NCBI GenBank assembly: GCA_965261085.1 | Contig: OZ253442.1 | Location: 1,280,001-1,344,000, forward strand | Direction of reading: 5' to 3' | DNA length: 64,000 bases | DNA from: a bacterium | Lineage (GTDB): Bacteria; UBA8248 | Shown: positions 46,514 through 56,580 of the stretch, one piece after another | How positions within the stretch are numbered: position 1 is the stretch's first letter | Layout of the letters: each line of letters begins with the position of its first letter | Notes under the pieces: generated by a model | The model's input: only the letters and a program-made list of their open reading frames with translations | The model's database searches: none | Told to the model about the DNA's origin: nothing | Program-made: the position numbers and the translations under genes

Positions 46514-48741
46514 TGGACAAGCGACTCGACCCCTACCGCTTCGACGTGGGCCGCGCCCGCGTGGAGCCTGAAACCCCCATCGTGGCGGGGGCGTTCTTTA
46601 CCAGGAAGATCATCTTCACCGCCGGAACCTACGGGGTGGACGAGGGCGCGCAGATACTCGTGTGCAAGCGTCTCTCGAGCGACATGGAGATCCCCCAGTT
46701 CGCGGACCCTGCGGCGTCGGGCTACGTGAGCGTCTCCTGCTCGAACTTAAGCGTCGGCCTCACGCTTTCTTATCAGGAACAAGGCTATCTCGATGATTGG
46801 CGCTCCGGCGTCGCCATCAAGGTGGCCAAGGGTTTTTTATGCCAAGGCGATGAGGTAACGCTCGTTCTGGGCGATACCTGCGGCGGCGGACCGGGCATCC
46901 GCGCGCAGACGTTCCCCGAATCCCGCCACACGTACAAGATCGTCGTGGACACCTTCAACCGCAAGCATTTCTACGAGTTGGAGCATGACCCCGAAATCCG
47001 CGTGGTGGGCGGCGCGCCCGAAACCTGGCATCTGGCCTGTTCGCAAACGCCAAAGCTCGGGGAGGAGTTCTCCGCCATCGTGCGCGGCGTGGATAGCTGG
47101 GGGAACCCGGCGGAGGAATTTACCGGCGAGGTGTCCGTCCGCAAGAGTCGCTCCAACTGGCGCGAGGAGGATGAGGCGCCCGGACGGGTGACGTTTTCCT
47201 TTGGTGACGGCGGTGTAAAGCGCGTCGGCGGCGCGCGGTTGACGGGCGAGGGGCCCTATCGCCTGCGTTTAGAGGACCCGGCGGGGCTGATATCTTTGAG
47301 TCCGCCGATTCTGCCCAAGGCTTCTGATGATCCCTATTCGCTCTTCTGGGGGGACATCCACGGCCAGACGCGCTCGACAGTCGGCACGGGCACGGTGGAA
47401 GAGTATTTCCGCTTCGCGCGCGATAAGGCGGGGGTGGACGTCGCCGCGTGGCAGGGCAACGATTTCCGCGTCCGCAAGGAAGACTGGGCGGAGGTCGTGC
47501 GCGAGTGTAAGGCGTTCAACGAGCCGGGCCGCTTCGTCACGCTTTTGGGCTATGAGTGGTCGGGCACGCGCGCAGGCGGCGGCGATTACAACATCTACTA
47601 CGCGGGCGATGAGGGGACCATCCACAGAAGCTCCCATGCGGGCGTGGACGATTTATCCGACGCTCATGAGGACAGGTTCCCCATCTCGGCCCTCTGGGAG
47701 ACCTTCCGGGGAAGAAAGGACGTGATGAGCGTCGCCCACGTGGGCGGACGGGCGTGCAATCTTGATTTTTTTGACCCCGAATTCGTTCACTTGACGGAAA
47801 TCCACTCCCATCACGGCACCTTCGAGTGGTTCGCCGAGGAAGTGCTCGCGCGCGGTTTCACGGTCGGCTTCATCGGCGGGAGCGACGATCACACGGGCCG
47901 CCAGGGGCTGGTCTACCCGAACCGCCGCTCGAACAACGTCGTCACCTTCGACGTCAAAGGCGGCTTGATGGGCCTTTATGCGCGCGAACTCACGCGCGAG
48001 GCCGTCTGGGAGGCGATGCGCGCGCGGAGAACCTACGCCACGAACGGGGAGCGGATTTATCTCAAAACCTCGTGCGGGGAAGCCTTGATGGGCGAGGCGG
48101 TGGAAGCCGAAGGCTCGCCCACGATTAAGGTCGAGGTCCACGGCACAGCGCCCTTGCTGGACGTGGAGCTAAAGCGCGGTATTAAAACCATCCACCGCCA
48201 TCCGGTGAACGCAGGCTCAGAGGCTGCGGGCCGCTCGCGCCGAATCCGCGTGCAGTGGAGCGGGGTGACGCAAAAAAGCGGGCGCGACAAGAAGGTCGAA
48301 TGGCGCGGCGGAATCGCGCTCGATAAGGGCGCCATGCTCGCCCACACGCCCTATGCGCTCAATCAGTACGACGACGCGATCACCCGTGTATCGAACAAGC
48401 TGCTCCGCTTCACGACCGCCACTTCGGGGGATCCCGACGGCGTGCTCATCTACGTGGATGCCCCCGCCGACGCTGTTCTCTCTTTTTTCAGCAATGTGAA
48501 GAGTTTCACGCTGCCACTCGGTGAGATTTCAACCGAGCCGACCATCATCGAAGCCGGCGGCGTGAACATCCAGATTCTCGTCGCAGAAGTCGCGCCGACG
48601 CTTAAACACTGGAGCGCGCGCTTTCAGTTCACCGACGAGGCCGCCTCCCCCGACGCCGTCAACCCCTACTGGGTGCGCGTCCTGCAAGTCGACGGCGGCC
48701 AGGCCTGGTCGAGTCCGATATATGTGAGGTGTAAGAGGTGA
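46513..48741 (+). CDS. DUF3604-like PHP metallohydrolase
   Basis: FWGDIHGQT, GYEWSG, AHVGGR, GGSDDH.G.G, RRTYATNG, YWVRV.Q.DG..AWSSPIY. Confidence 0.8.
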   Translation: MDKRLDPYRFDVGRARVEPETPIVAGAFFTRKIIFTAGTYGVDEGAQILVCKRLSSDMEIPQFADPAASGYVSVSCSNLSVGLTLSYQEQGYLDDWRSGVAIKVAKGFLCQGDEVTLVLGDTCGGGPGIRAQTFPESRHTYKIVVDTFNRKHFYELEHDPEIRVVGGAPETWHLACSQTPKLGEEFSAIVRGVDSWGNPAEEFTGEVSVRKSRSNWREEDEAPGRVTFSFGDGGVKRVGGARLTGEGPYRLRLEDPAGLISLSPPILPKASDDPYSLFWGDIHGQTRSTVGTGTVEEYFRFARDKAGVDVAAWQGNDFRVRKEDWAEVVRECKAFNEPGRFVTLLGYEWSGTRAGGGDYNIYYAGDEGTIHRSSHAGVDDLSDAHEDRFPISALWETFRGRKDVMSVAHVGGRACNLDFFDPEFVHLTEIHSHHGTFEWFAEEVLARGFTVGFIGGSDDHTGRQGLVYPNRRSNNVVTFDVKGGLMGLYARELTREAVWEAMRARRTYATNGERIYLKTSCGEALMGEAVEAEGSPTIKVEVHGTAPLLDVELKRGIKTIHRHPVNAGSEAAGRSRRIRVQWSGVTQKSGRDKKVEWRGGIALDKGAMLAHTPYALNQYDDAITRVSNKLLRFTTATSGDPDGVLIYVDAPADAVLSFFSNVKSFTLPLGEISTEPTIIEAGGVNIQILVAEVAPTLKHWSARFQFTDEAASPDAVNPYWVRVLQVDGGQAWSSPIYVRCKR

Positions 48742-48751
48742 GGAGAACGAG

Positions 48752-50230
48752 GTGAGAGGATTTTTCGGCAAGCGGATTCTGGCGGTTCTCGTCGCGGCGT
48801 TGGCGTTGGGTTTTTTGGCGCAAACGGGGGTGTCCTTCGCTCAAGCGGTGGCGGAGAAGGGGGTGGTGAAGGAGGCTGTCCCGGCGAAGGTGGGGAAGGG
48901 GGCGGGTCAGGAAGCCAAGTCTGCTGCTGCACCTCCTAAACCAGCGATTCCTCCCGCCACGGAAGTCGAAATTCAGCGCCGCTTCAATGAGTTGAAAGGT
49001 GAACTGCTGGATAAGAGCGAAAAGGATGCGGCCACTCTTATCGAACTCAGGCGTGAAGTGTTGGATGACTGGGCGAGCACTGTCACGTGGTGGCTGACCG
49101 GTATCGCCGTATTTCTTGTCATTGGTGGTTTTATCGGAATTAAGATTTTCCGTGACATCGTAAACGATGCGCGCGAAAGTGCGAAGGAGGCCTCTCGAAT
49201 CGTAACCGATGCGCGAGAGAGTGCGAAGGCGGCCAAGCAAATTGTCGAAGCAATGGAGAAGAATCGGGAAAGAGCTGAAGATATACTTGGGCAACTAGCG
49301 ATCATTCTTTCTTCACCAGAGAATGACCTTTCCTCTCAGGAGGATGACAGCAGAGAGCAAACGGTTGAAGTCCAAGAACAGGGCAGTAAAAATGAAATCA
49401 TTGAAGCGTGGCGGAACATCGCGAAGGTCGCTGAAGGAAGCGATAATGATCTTGCTGCTAGAGCTTGGTTTTCGATTGGTTATTTGCTTGGACAACAGGA
49501 AAAGTACCAAGAAGCGATTGTCGCCTGTAACGAAGCTATCCGTCTGAAACCGGACTTAGCTAGAGCCTATAACAACCGAGGCATTGCGAAGCGGCGCATG
49601 GGCCAATATGAAGATGCCATTGCCGATTTTGACGAGGCGATTCGCCTGGACTCAAATTATGCTAGAGCCTATAACAACCGAGGCAGTGCGAAGCGGCAAC
49701 TGAACCAATATGAAGATGCCATTGAGGATTTCAATGAGGCTATCCGTCTGAAGCCGGACTATGCCTTTGCCTATAACAACCGAGGTAATGCGAAGCGGCA
49801 ACTGAACCAATATGAAGATGCCATTGAGGATTTCAATGAGGCTATCCGTCTGAAACCGGACTTGGCTAGAGCCTATAACAACCGAGGCAGTGCGAAGCGG
49901 CGATTGAACCAATATGAAGATGCCATTGCCGATTTTGACGAGGCTATCCGTCTGAAACCGGACTTGGCTAGAGCCTATAACAACCGAGGCAGTGCGAAGC
50001 GGCAACTGAACCAATATGAAGATGCCATTGCCGATTTTGACGAGGCGATTCGCCTTGATTCAGATTACGCTAGAGCCTACTACAACCGGGGCCTTGCGCA
50101 TCTGGCACTAGGTGACCAAGAAGCGGCGCGGTCGGACTTCGAAAAAGCGCGAGATTTAGCGCACGCGGCAAGTAATGAAACCCTCGTAACGCGGACGGAG
50201 CAAAAGTTACAAGAACTAGACGAACAATAA
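48752..50230 (+). CDS. Membrane-anchored TPR-repeat protein
   Basis: Signal peptide, one TM, coiled coil, about 7 TPRs (AYNNRG..K....YEDAI.DF.EAIRL) encoded by near-identical 102-bp units. Confidence 0.9.
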   Translation: MRGFFGKRILAVLVAALALGFLAQTGVSFAQAVAEKGVVKEAVPAKVGKGAGQEAKSAAAPPKPAIPPATEVEIQRRFNELKGELLDKSEKDAATLIELRREVLDDWASTVTWWLTGIAVFLVIGGFIGIKIFRDIVNDARESAKEASRIVTDARESAKAAKQIVEAMEKNRERAEDILGQLAIILSSPENDLSSQEDDSREQTVEVQEQGSKNEIIEAWRNIAKVAEGSDNDLAARAWFSIGYLLGQQEKYQEAIVACNEAIRLKPDLARAYNNRGIAKRRMGQYEDAIADFDEAIRLDSNYARAYNNRGSAKRQLNQYEDAIEDFNEAIRLKPDYAFAYNNRGNAKRQLNQYEDAIEDFNEAIRLKPDLARAYNNRGSAKRRLNQYEDAIADFDEAIRLKPDLARAYNNRGSAKRQLNQYEDAIADFDEAIRLDSDYARAYYNRGLAHLALGDQEAARSDFEKARDLAHAASNETLVTRTEQKLQELDEQ

Positions 50231-50339
50231 GACACATAAAACCACATAACAGAATACGCCCCATCAATCCCCCTTTCTCTGCAAGGGTAAATTCCCCTTT
50301 CTTCGGGAAGCCCGACGGCAAGACGAGTCAAGGCGAGAA

Positions 50340-50560
50340 TCACTCCCCCCTTAAGGGTCAATCCCGATTGAAGAATGAGGGATTGTCGCAGAAGCCGAGC
50401 GTTGTGTGCGAGAGTTGATGCGGTGGGGGGTATGATTCTAAAATAAAATCTCCCCCCACCGGTTCACTTGCGGGCTATGCCCTTAGTTCACCGACTCCCC
50501 CTCAAGGGGGGAATGAATCCCTCTCTCATCGGTCAGAATTGGCCCTCAAGGGGGGAGTGA
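50340..50560. repeat. MITE-like palindromic element (tcactcccccc...ggggggagtga)
   Basis: tcactccccccttaagggtcaat / attggccctcaaggggggagtga (21 of 23 complementary), plus internal ccccctcaaggggg. Confidence 0.65.
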
Positions 50561-50745
50561 ATACGTACCCCCTCACCTTTATCGTCTTGCTGCAAAAAAC
50601 CCCCAACCAAAATTCACGCTCCTCAACATGAAACCCCTTCCGGGGGTGAGCCGGAAGGGACCGGAGCGGTGCGGCGGGATGTTCAGGCGGAAGAAACCCT
50701 CTTCCTAGGAGGGATGCGCGGGTTCGATTTCCGCTCCTGTACCCA

Positions 50746-50991
50746 CTATTTGTTTTTCACGGGTTTTGCCGTTTTTTCCAAGTGCTTGTGCGGGTCGCAG
50801 TTCGCGGGGCCGCACGAGGTGGGGTAGCAAACCAGGCGGTCCCCTAGTTTGCCGCAGGTGATGTTTTCGAGACAAACCTTCGCTTTTTCGCACCCTTTGT
50901 GCTCGTTCTTGATGTCGTGCGCGAACCCGGGGTTTGCGACCCCGAACGCCATTCCCGTTGCAACCAATGCGGCGAACAGAATCTTTCTCAT
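50746..50991 (-). CDS. Small secreted six-cysteine protein
   Basis: AAGGA RBS, signal peptide ending GFA, mature part about 57 aa with 6 Cys. Confidence 0.7.
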   Translation of the reverse strand: MRKILFAALVATGMAFGVANPGFAHDIKNEHKGCEKAKVCLENITCGKLGDRLVCYPTSCGPANCDPHKHLEKTAKPVKNK

Positions 50992-51341
50992 CGTTGATTC
51001 CTTTTTTCGGCGGCGATGCTGTCCGATTGTAGAATTGCGTTGCTGAACGTCCCGCTCGGTTGGTTTTCCGCTCCCTCCTTATGACTAAATATAGGCCTTG
51101 CGCAGCGAAAGCGCCAAGTTTTTTTTCGGGGAAAAGAAGGCGCAAGGCTCCCGGCGGCATTCGCTGCGTATGAACACGATTTCCAATTCACTCCCCCCCT
51201 TTCCAGTCAACCCCCTCCCTCCTCACTCGGCAGCCCTTCCTTCTTCAGTCAGGGCTGACCTCCCGTCCCTTTTGACCTCACGCACCCCTCTCTGTACACT
51301 CGCGCGTTTGTTCGTTCATGGTTCATCAAGGAGCTTAAGAC

Positions 51342-52391
51342 GTGAAAATCGGGATCATCGGCTTGGCCGCCGCAGGCAAGACGACGCTGTTCAATGCGTT
51401 GACGGGCGGTGCGGCATCGACGGGGGGATACGGCGCGGTGCGGGTGAACATAGGTGCTGCGCACGTGGCGGACGCGCGGGTGGACGCGCTGAGCGCGGTT
51501 TTTAGCCCGAAGAAGACGACCTACGCGGCGGTAAACTTCGTGGATGCGGGCGTGGGCGACGGGGGCGCGGCGAAGAACGCGGAGGCGATTCCGCAGGCGC
51601 TGGAAGGGGCGGATGCGCTCCTGGTGGTGGTGCGCGCCTTCGAAGACGCAGGGGTTCCGCATCCCAAGGAGAGCATCGACCCCGCGCGCGATCTGGCCGA
51701 CGTGCGCATCGATTTGCTCCTGCGCGACTTGTCAGTGGTCGAACGCCGCCGGGAGCGTCTGGAAAAACTGGTGCGCGTCAAGAAAGACCCCGCCGAGGCG
51801 GCGGAGTTCGCGCTGCTTACGAAGATTCAGGAGACGCTGGAAGAGGGCCGCCCGGTCCGCGCGCTCAAGCTGGGTGAAGAAGAAATGCGCATTATTAAAG
51901 GGTTCGGCTTTTTATCCGCCAAGCCGCTGCTCGTGGTGGTGAACGTGGGCGAGGAGCAGTTGGGGGACGCTTTCGGTGAACTGGACGGCGAAACCCCCGT
52001 CGCCCTCGCCGCGCGGTTGGAGGAAGAACTCGCGCAATTGCCCGGTGAAGAGCAAGCGGAGTTTCTCGCGGATTACGACCTTAAATCCTCAGCCCTGGAT
52101 AGAGTCGTTCAGGCGTCATTCGCGCTACTCAATCTCAGGTGTTTCTTCACCGTGAGCGGGGATGAGGTTCGCGCCTGGCCGGTTCGCGCGGGCGCCATCG
52201 CCCTCCACGCGGCGGGGACGATTCATACTGACTTGGAGCGCGGCTTCATTCGCGCCGAGGTGGTCTCCTACACCGACTTCATGGCCGCGGGTTCGCTCTC
52301 TGCGGCGCGGGATAGGGGAACGCTCAGGTTGGAAGGCAAGGACTACGTCGTGAAGGACGGCGACATCTTCCACGTGCGCTTTAACGTGTGA
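51342..52391 (+). CDS. ychF: YchF/Obg-like ATPase (DUF933)
   Basis: GIIGL...GKTTLFNALT, FFTV..EVRAW, AGTIHTDLERGFIRAEV, LEGKDYVVKDGD..RFNV. Confidence 0.92.
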   Translation: MKIGIIGLAAAGKTTLFNALTGGAASTGGYGAVRVNIGAAHVADARVDALSAVFSPKKTTYAAVNFVDAGVGDGGAAKNAEAIPQALEGADALLVVVRAFEDAGVPHPKESIDPARDLADVRIDLLLRDLSVVERRRERLEKLVRVKKDPAEAAEFALLTKIQETLEEGRPVRALKLGEEEMRIIKGFGFLSAKPLLVVVNVGEEQLGDAFGELDGETPVALAARLEEELAQLPGEEQAEFLADYDLKSSALDRVVQASFALLNLRCFFTVSGDEVRAWPVRAGAIALHAAGTIHTDLERGFIRAEVVSYTDFMAAGSLSAARDRGTLRLEGKDYVVKDGDIFHVRFNV

Positions 52392-52394
52392 TTT

Positions 52395-53486
52395 TCAGGC
52401 TCCCCCGACCGCCGCGAGGATTCTTTCTCTGGCCTCCCGGTGCGCCGCGCAGCCGATAACTTCGAGCATTTCCGCTCGCCAGTTCGGGCGGCAGTAGCTT
52501 TCCTTTAGTCTGCGTATCCGATCCGATGAGGCCTCCTCCTGTTCCGGGGGGAGGTCGCCATCTCCGATTGCCCGCGCGATGGCGTCGACCGCGCGTTCCT
52601 GTGCGTCTTCTGCATGACAGATGAGGGCGACGTCCGCCCCTGCGAGGATGCTCTGAAGAGCGGCCTCTGCGGGGTTGTCTATTGCCCCCATGTCCAGATC
52701 GTCGGTGATCGCGACGCCTCTGAATCCGAGTTCCCCGCGCAGAATGTTTTGAAGAAAAACGGGGGAGAGGCTCGCGGGCGCAGCCTCGTCTATTTTCTCG
52801 AAAACGGCGTGGGCCACCATGACGCAGGCGGGAGGTGCGCGGCGGATGAGGTGCTGAAAGGGCGTAAGCTCGCGCGCTCTCAGGTCTTCTAGCGTGAGGC
52901 GGGAGGTCGGTAGCTCTTTGTGGGGGTCGGGGGCCATCTCCCCGATGCCGGGGAAATGCTTGGCGCACGCGGCCACGCCCGCCTTCTGAAGTCCGGCGGT
53001 TGCGGCCTCGCCCATGCTTGTGACGACCTCTGGAGTTGTTCCATATGCGCGGTCGCCGATGACGGCGCACTCGGGGTTCGTCAAGATGTCCACGGCGGGT
53101 GCGAAGTTCACGTTCACGCCGACGGCCTCTAGCTCCGCTCCGGTGATTTGGGCGGCTTCCCTGGCGAGGGCGGGATCCCCAAAGTCGCCAAAATCCCGCG
53201 CCGCCGGGAATATCGTGAAGTCAGGGGACAGCCTGCTCACGCGCCCGCCCTCCTGGTCGATGCCCACAAGCAGGGGAGCTTCGAGCGGAGAGGCGAGGGC
53301 GGCAGCTTGTAAGGAAGCGATGAGGGCCGCCGTCTGCGCGGCCGACTCGATGTTTCGCTTGAACAGGATGACGCCGCCGATTCTGCCCGCGCGGACGCGC
53401 TCTATGAGCGAGGCCGGGGCCGCTACACCCTCGAAGCTTGCCATCAGGTGCTGACCCGCCCTGGCCTCGGGGGTCGCAGCGTCCAT
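52395..53486 (-). CDS. nagZ: Beta-N-acetylhexosaminidase (GH3)
   Basis: GGVILFKRN, DQEGGRVSRL, KHFPGIG..DPH, ITDDLDMGA. Confidence 0.9.
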   Translation of the reverse strand: MDAATPEARAGQHLMASFEGVAAPASLIERVRAGRIGGVILFKRNIESAAQTAALIASLQAAALASPLEAPLLVGIDQEGGRVSRLSPDFTIFPAARDFGDFGDPALAREAAQITGAELEAVGVNVNFAPAVDILTNPECAVIGDRAYGTTPEVVTSMGEAATAGLQKAGVAACAKHFPGIGEMAPDPHKELPTSRLTLEDLRARELTPFQHLIRRAPPACVMVAHAVFEKIDEAAPASLSPVFLQNILRGELGFRGVAITDDLDMGAIDNPAEAALQSILAGADVALICHAEDAQERAVDAIARAIGDGDLPPEQEEASSDRIRRLKESYCRPNWRAEMLEVIGCAAHREARERILAAVGGA

Positions 53487-53495
53487 GCGCGCGCC

Positions 53496-54188
53496 TTAGC
53501 CTTCCCGCATCCGCGCGATGACGAAAGACTCCGCCATCGGGAGGCCGGCTTGGCGGCCCGCGTTTTCGAGGCGTTGGCGCGTGCGTTTTTCGAACGCTAC
53601 TGGGTTTTTGATCTGACACTTGTGCGCGCACACTGCGCGGACTTTCGTATCGAAGGTTTTTGAGATGTCCACGAAGAAATTCGGTTCGCGCGTGTTGAGG
53701 TAGAGGAGGTTGTTCGTGTGGTGCGCCTTGATGCCTGCGTAGGTGAGTTCGGGCAGAAAATGGTGATCCCGCGCATAGACCACCGCCTTGAACGTGGCGT
53801 GGCCGATGGCCTGGTGGTCGGGGTGCTGGTAGTGGGTGCGCCACGGGTCGTGGGTGAGGATGGTGTCGGGCTTGAAATGCCGGATCAGGAAGGCTATCTG
53901 GTTCCTGAACGCGCGCGTGTCCTCGAGCTCCCCGTCGCGGTGGCGCAGGAAGATGGTCTCCTTGACGCCGAGTATGCGGGAGGCTTCGAGTTGTTCCGCC
54001 TCGCGTATCTTGGCCAAGTCGAAGGGGCTGATGTCGTCTTTCGTGCCCTTGTCCCCGTTCGTGCAGACGACCGTGCGCACGGTGGCGCCCTCGGACGTCC
54101 AGCGGGAGATGCTTCCCCCCGAGGATAGTTCCGCATCGTCGGGGTGGGCGACGATGACCAGTATTTCCCGAAATTCGTTACGATCCAA
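53496..54188 (-). CDS. PIG-L/LmbE deacetylase (MshB/BshB-like)
   Basis: AHPDDAE, TNGDKG, HPDH, AHKCQ; TTG start with AGGA RBS. Confidence 0.88.
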   Translation of the reverse strand: MDRNEFREILVIVAHPDDAELSSGGSISRWTSEGATVRTVVCTNGDKGTKDDISPFDLAKIREAEQLEASRILGVKETIFLRHRDGELEDTRAFRNQIAFLIRHFKPDTILTHDPWRTHYQHPDHQAIGHATFKAVVYARDHHFLPELTYAGIKAHHTNNLLYLNTREPNFFVDISKTFDTKVRAVCAHKCQIKNPVAFEKRTRQRLENAGRQAGLPMAESFVIARMREG

Positions 54189-54214
54189 AGCTGATTTCCT
54201 TCTGGTTGATGGGA

Positions 54215-55513
54215 TTATGGAGTGTGGGATGATGAGAGCGCGGCCGTATCCCGCAGGCGCGCCCATATATCGAGTTCCGCCTCCGCTATGCGCCTCCAGG
54301 CGAAAGATTCCGCCCATGCGAGGGCTTGGCAGTCCGGGTTTTCATGGCCGCTCTCAAGCATTTCGAGCATCTTCTCCGCATAGGCGTTGATGTCGCCGTC
54401 CGCGATAAGACAACCGCTCACGTCCTCGCCTACCGCCTGTGAGACGCCGCCCACGTCGAAGGCGAGCGTGGGCAGTCCACACGCGGCCGCCTCGACGGTG
54501 GTGAGACCGAAGCTCTCGTAGCGAGAGGGCAGCGCGTAAAGATCGGCTGCGGAATAATAAAGAGGGAGCGCCTCCTGCGGCTTGGCTCCCAAAAAGATGA
54601 TGGCGTCCGCCACGCCGAGCCTCCGTGCGAGGGATTCCAGCCGCGCGACCTCGGCTCCCTGCGCGGGGGAGGCGAAATCCTCTGGATGATAGCTTTCACC
54701 GATTCTCACCGCGCCCTCTCTTATCTCGCCCCCGACGTGTAAGAGACGGGCATCCAGCCCCGGTCGTTCGCGGCGCATGACGGCGAAAGCCTCGATCAGG
54801 CGGTCGAGTCCCTTGACGCGCTCGATGCGGCCCACGCTCAGGACGTATGCGCCATAAGGCTCGAAGCCCAGGCGCGCGCGCGCCTCGGGCCTGGGATACG
54901 GACGGAAGGTGTCCAGGTCCACCCCGCAGGGGACCACATGAACTTCGCCTGCACCCAGTTTTTCACGCAGAGCGCGCGCCTCGGCGGGCGATGAGGCTAG
55001 AGCTGCATCCGCCGTCTGCGCGAGCCTCGGTTCGACGTTGAGCCGTACTTCCGACTCGCGCCTTGTGTCTGCGGGTAAGGCGTCGTTTTTGAGCGCGGCC
55101 AGGGTGTGGAAGCGAAGGGCGAGGGGAACGCCCCACGCTTCGGCCAACTTCTCGCCTGCGAGGCCGGAGAGCCAGTAATGCGCGGAAACGCCGTCGTAGC
55201 GGGTCTGGTCTTTTTCCGCGAACGCGAGAATCCCGCGAGCGAAGGCATCCACATGGGCGTATTGCGCATCCTTATCGAGTCTTTCCTTGGGGCCCGCCTC
55301 GATGCGGATGAAGCGGCAGCCCTCGGCCAGGGAAACTAGCTCTTCAAGAGCTTCCGATTCCAGGCGGGTGAATACGTCTACCCGGACGCCCAGGCTCGCG
55401 AGCGCTTTAGCGATTTCGCGCACATAGACGTTCATGCCGCCCGTGAGGTCGCCTCCCAGCGGGGCGAGCGGGTCGGTGTGCATCGCGATGATCGCCAAGC
55501 GGGCCGCCGTCAT
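54215..55513 (-). CDS. GT4 glycosyltransferase (MshA-like)
   Basis: MHTDPL..GG..GGMNVYV, AHYWLSG, FHTL..K, GRIERVKG, PSRYESFGL..EA.ACG. Confidence 0.88.
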   Translation of the reverse strand: MTAARLAIIAMHTDPLAPLGGDLTGGMNVYVREIAKALASLGVRVDVFTRLESEALEELVSLAEGCRFIRIEAGPKERLDKDAQYAHVDAFARGILAFAEKDQTRYDGVSAHYWLSGLAGEKLAEAWGVPLALRFHTLAALKNDALPADTRRESEVRLNVEPRLAQTADAALASSPAEARALREKLGAGEVHVVPCGVDLDTFRPYPRPEARARLGFEPYGAYVLSVGRIERVKGLDRLIEAFAVMRRERPGLDARLLHVGGEIREGAVRIGESYHPEDFASPAQGAEVARLESLARRLGVADAIIFLGAKPQEALPLYYSAADLYALPSRYESFGLTTVEAAACGLPTLAFDVGGVSQAVGEDVSGCLIADGDINAYAEKMLEMLESGHENPDCQALAWAESFAWRRIAEAELDIWARLRDTAALSSSHTP

Positions 55514-56529
55514 CGGGCATTCCTCTTGATCTGCACGCGCATCACGCGTTCATCCTGCGCGCCGAAGCGGTATTTGTAGGCCTCATCGCCCCTTAGGAGA
55601 TCGAAGGAGGAACGCCCCGCCTGAATCGCTTCTTCCACGTTGTGGGCGAGCAGCACCAGCCCGCCGCTCAGTTCGTGCTCGACCGGGTCGAAGCCCGAGT
55701 TGTAGAGATAAATCCTGTCCGCATAATCGAAAGAGAGGTTGGCGGCGACGGGATGGCCGTCCACGCGCATGAAGCTCAGATCCAGATAGCCCAGCGCCAA
55801 CATCGCCCGGGTCACGTCTTGGAAAAAGGATCTTCTGTCGGCGTTCCAGAAATCCGCCTTTTCCTGTTGGCTCAGCGCGTGAAGGGTGATGAAATCTTCC
55901 AGATCGGCGGGGAGCGTCTCCGCCGATTCGGTTCGCTCATAGGCCAGTCCCGCCTCCATGTTGGCTTTTCGTATCTTTCGCCTCAGATCACGCTCGTCTC
56001 GGGGCGCGAGCATCCCGGTGTATTCATCCCACGAATCGGGCAGCGCGATGACGGGGCAGACCTCCTCTTCTGAAACCTCAGCGCCTCCTCCCGTCAACTC
56101 TTGGGTGGCCGCGATGGTGGGGGAGGTTTCGGGGATTCCCCGCAGGGAGAGTTCGCGCCAATCGGGCGCGTCCGCCTCATCAAGAGTGGCGAGAATCGCC
56201 CGCCAGCACCCGAGATGCGCCCCGTCTGCGGCGATGATGTCGAGGTAGTCTGAGAGATCATCCCCTCCCGTGAGCCGCAGCCGCCCGCCCCCGCTCAAGA
56301 CGAACGGCGCAACTCCTACGAGCGCGCCGTTCTCATCGCGCAGGGCGTAGAGATACAACTCGCCTGCACCGAAATTCCGCCACCACGCGGCATGCCAGGC
56401 GGGGTCGTAAAAGGGATGCGCGTGGGAGGAGCGGGCCATCAACGCGCGCCACTCGCTCTCTAAGTCTGAGAACGCCTCGGGCGACGTGAAGGCTTCTAAC
56501 TGCAACGAGGAGCATGAGCTTTGCGACAT
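55510..56529 (-). CDS. GNAT, CelD/BcsL-like acyltransferase
   Basis: SDYLDII, YNSGFDP...SGG.VLL, FDLLRGDEAYKYRFGA. Confidence 0.85.
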   Translation of the reverse strand: MSQSSCSSLQLEAFTSPEAFSDLESEWRALMARSSHAHPFYDPAWHAAWWRNFGAGELYLYALRDENGALVGVAPFVLSGGGRLRLTGGDDLSDYLDIIAADGAHLGCWRAILATLDEADAPDWRELSLRGIPETSPTIAATQELTGGGAEVSEEEVCPVIALPDSWDEYTGMLAPRDERDLRRKIRKANMEAGLAYERTESAETLPADLEDFITLHALSQQEKADFWNADRRSFFQDVTRAMLALGYLDLSFMRVDGHPVAANLSFDYADRIYLYNSGFDPVEHELSGGLVLLAHNVEEAIQAGRSSFDLLRGDEAYKYRFGAQDERVMRVQIKRNAR

Positions 56530-56580
56530 CGGGATTCCTTCGCATCCATCGCGTCCACGGACGCGAGTTGATTTTCTCCG

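Noticed and set aside
49520-50100. Possible CRISPR or DGR template/variable repeat
   Set aside because: In-frame 102-bp TPR coding units; differences are not adenine-specific and there is no reverse transcriptase in the window.
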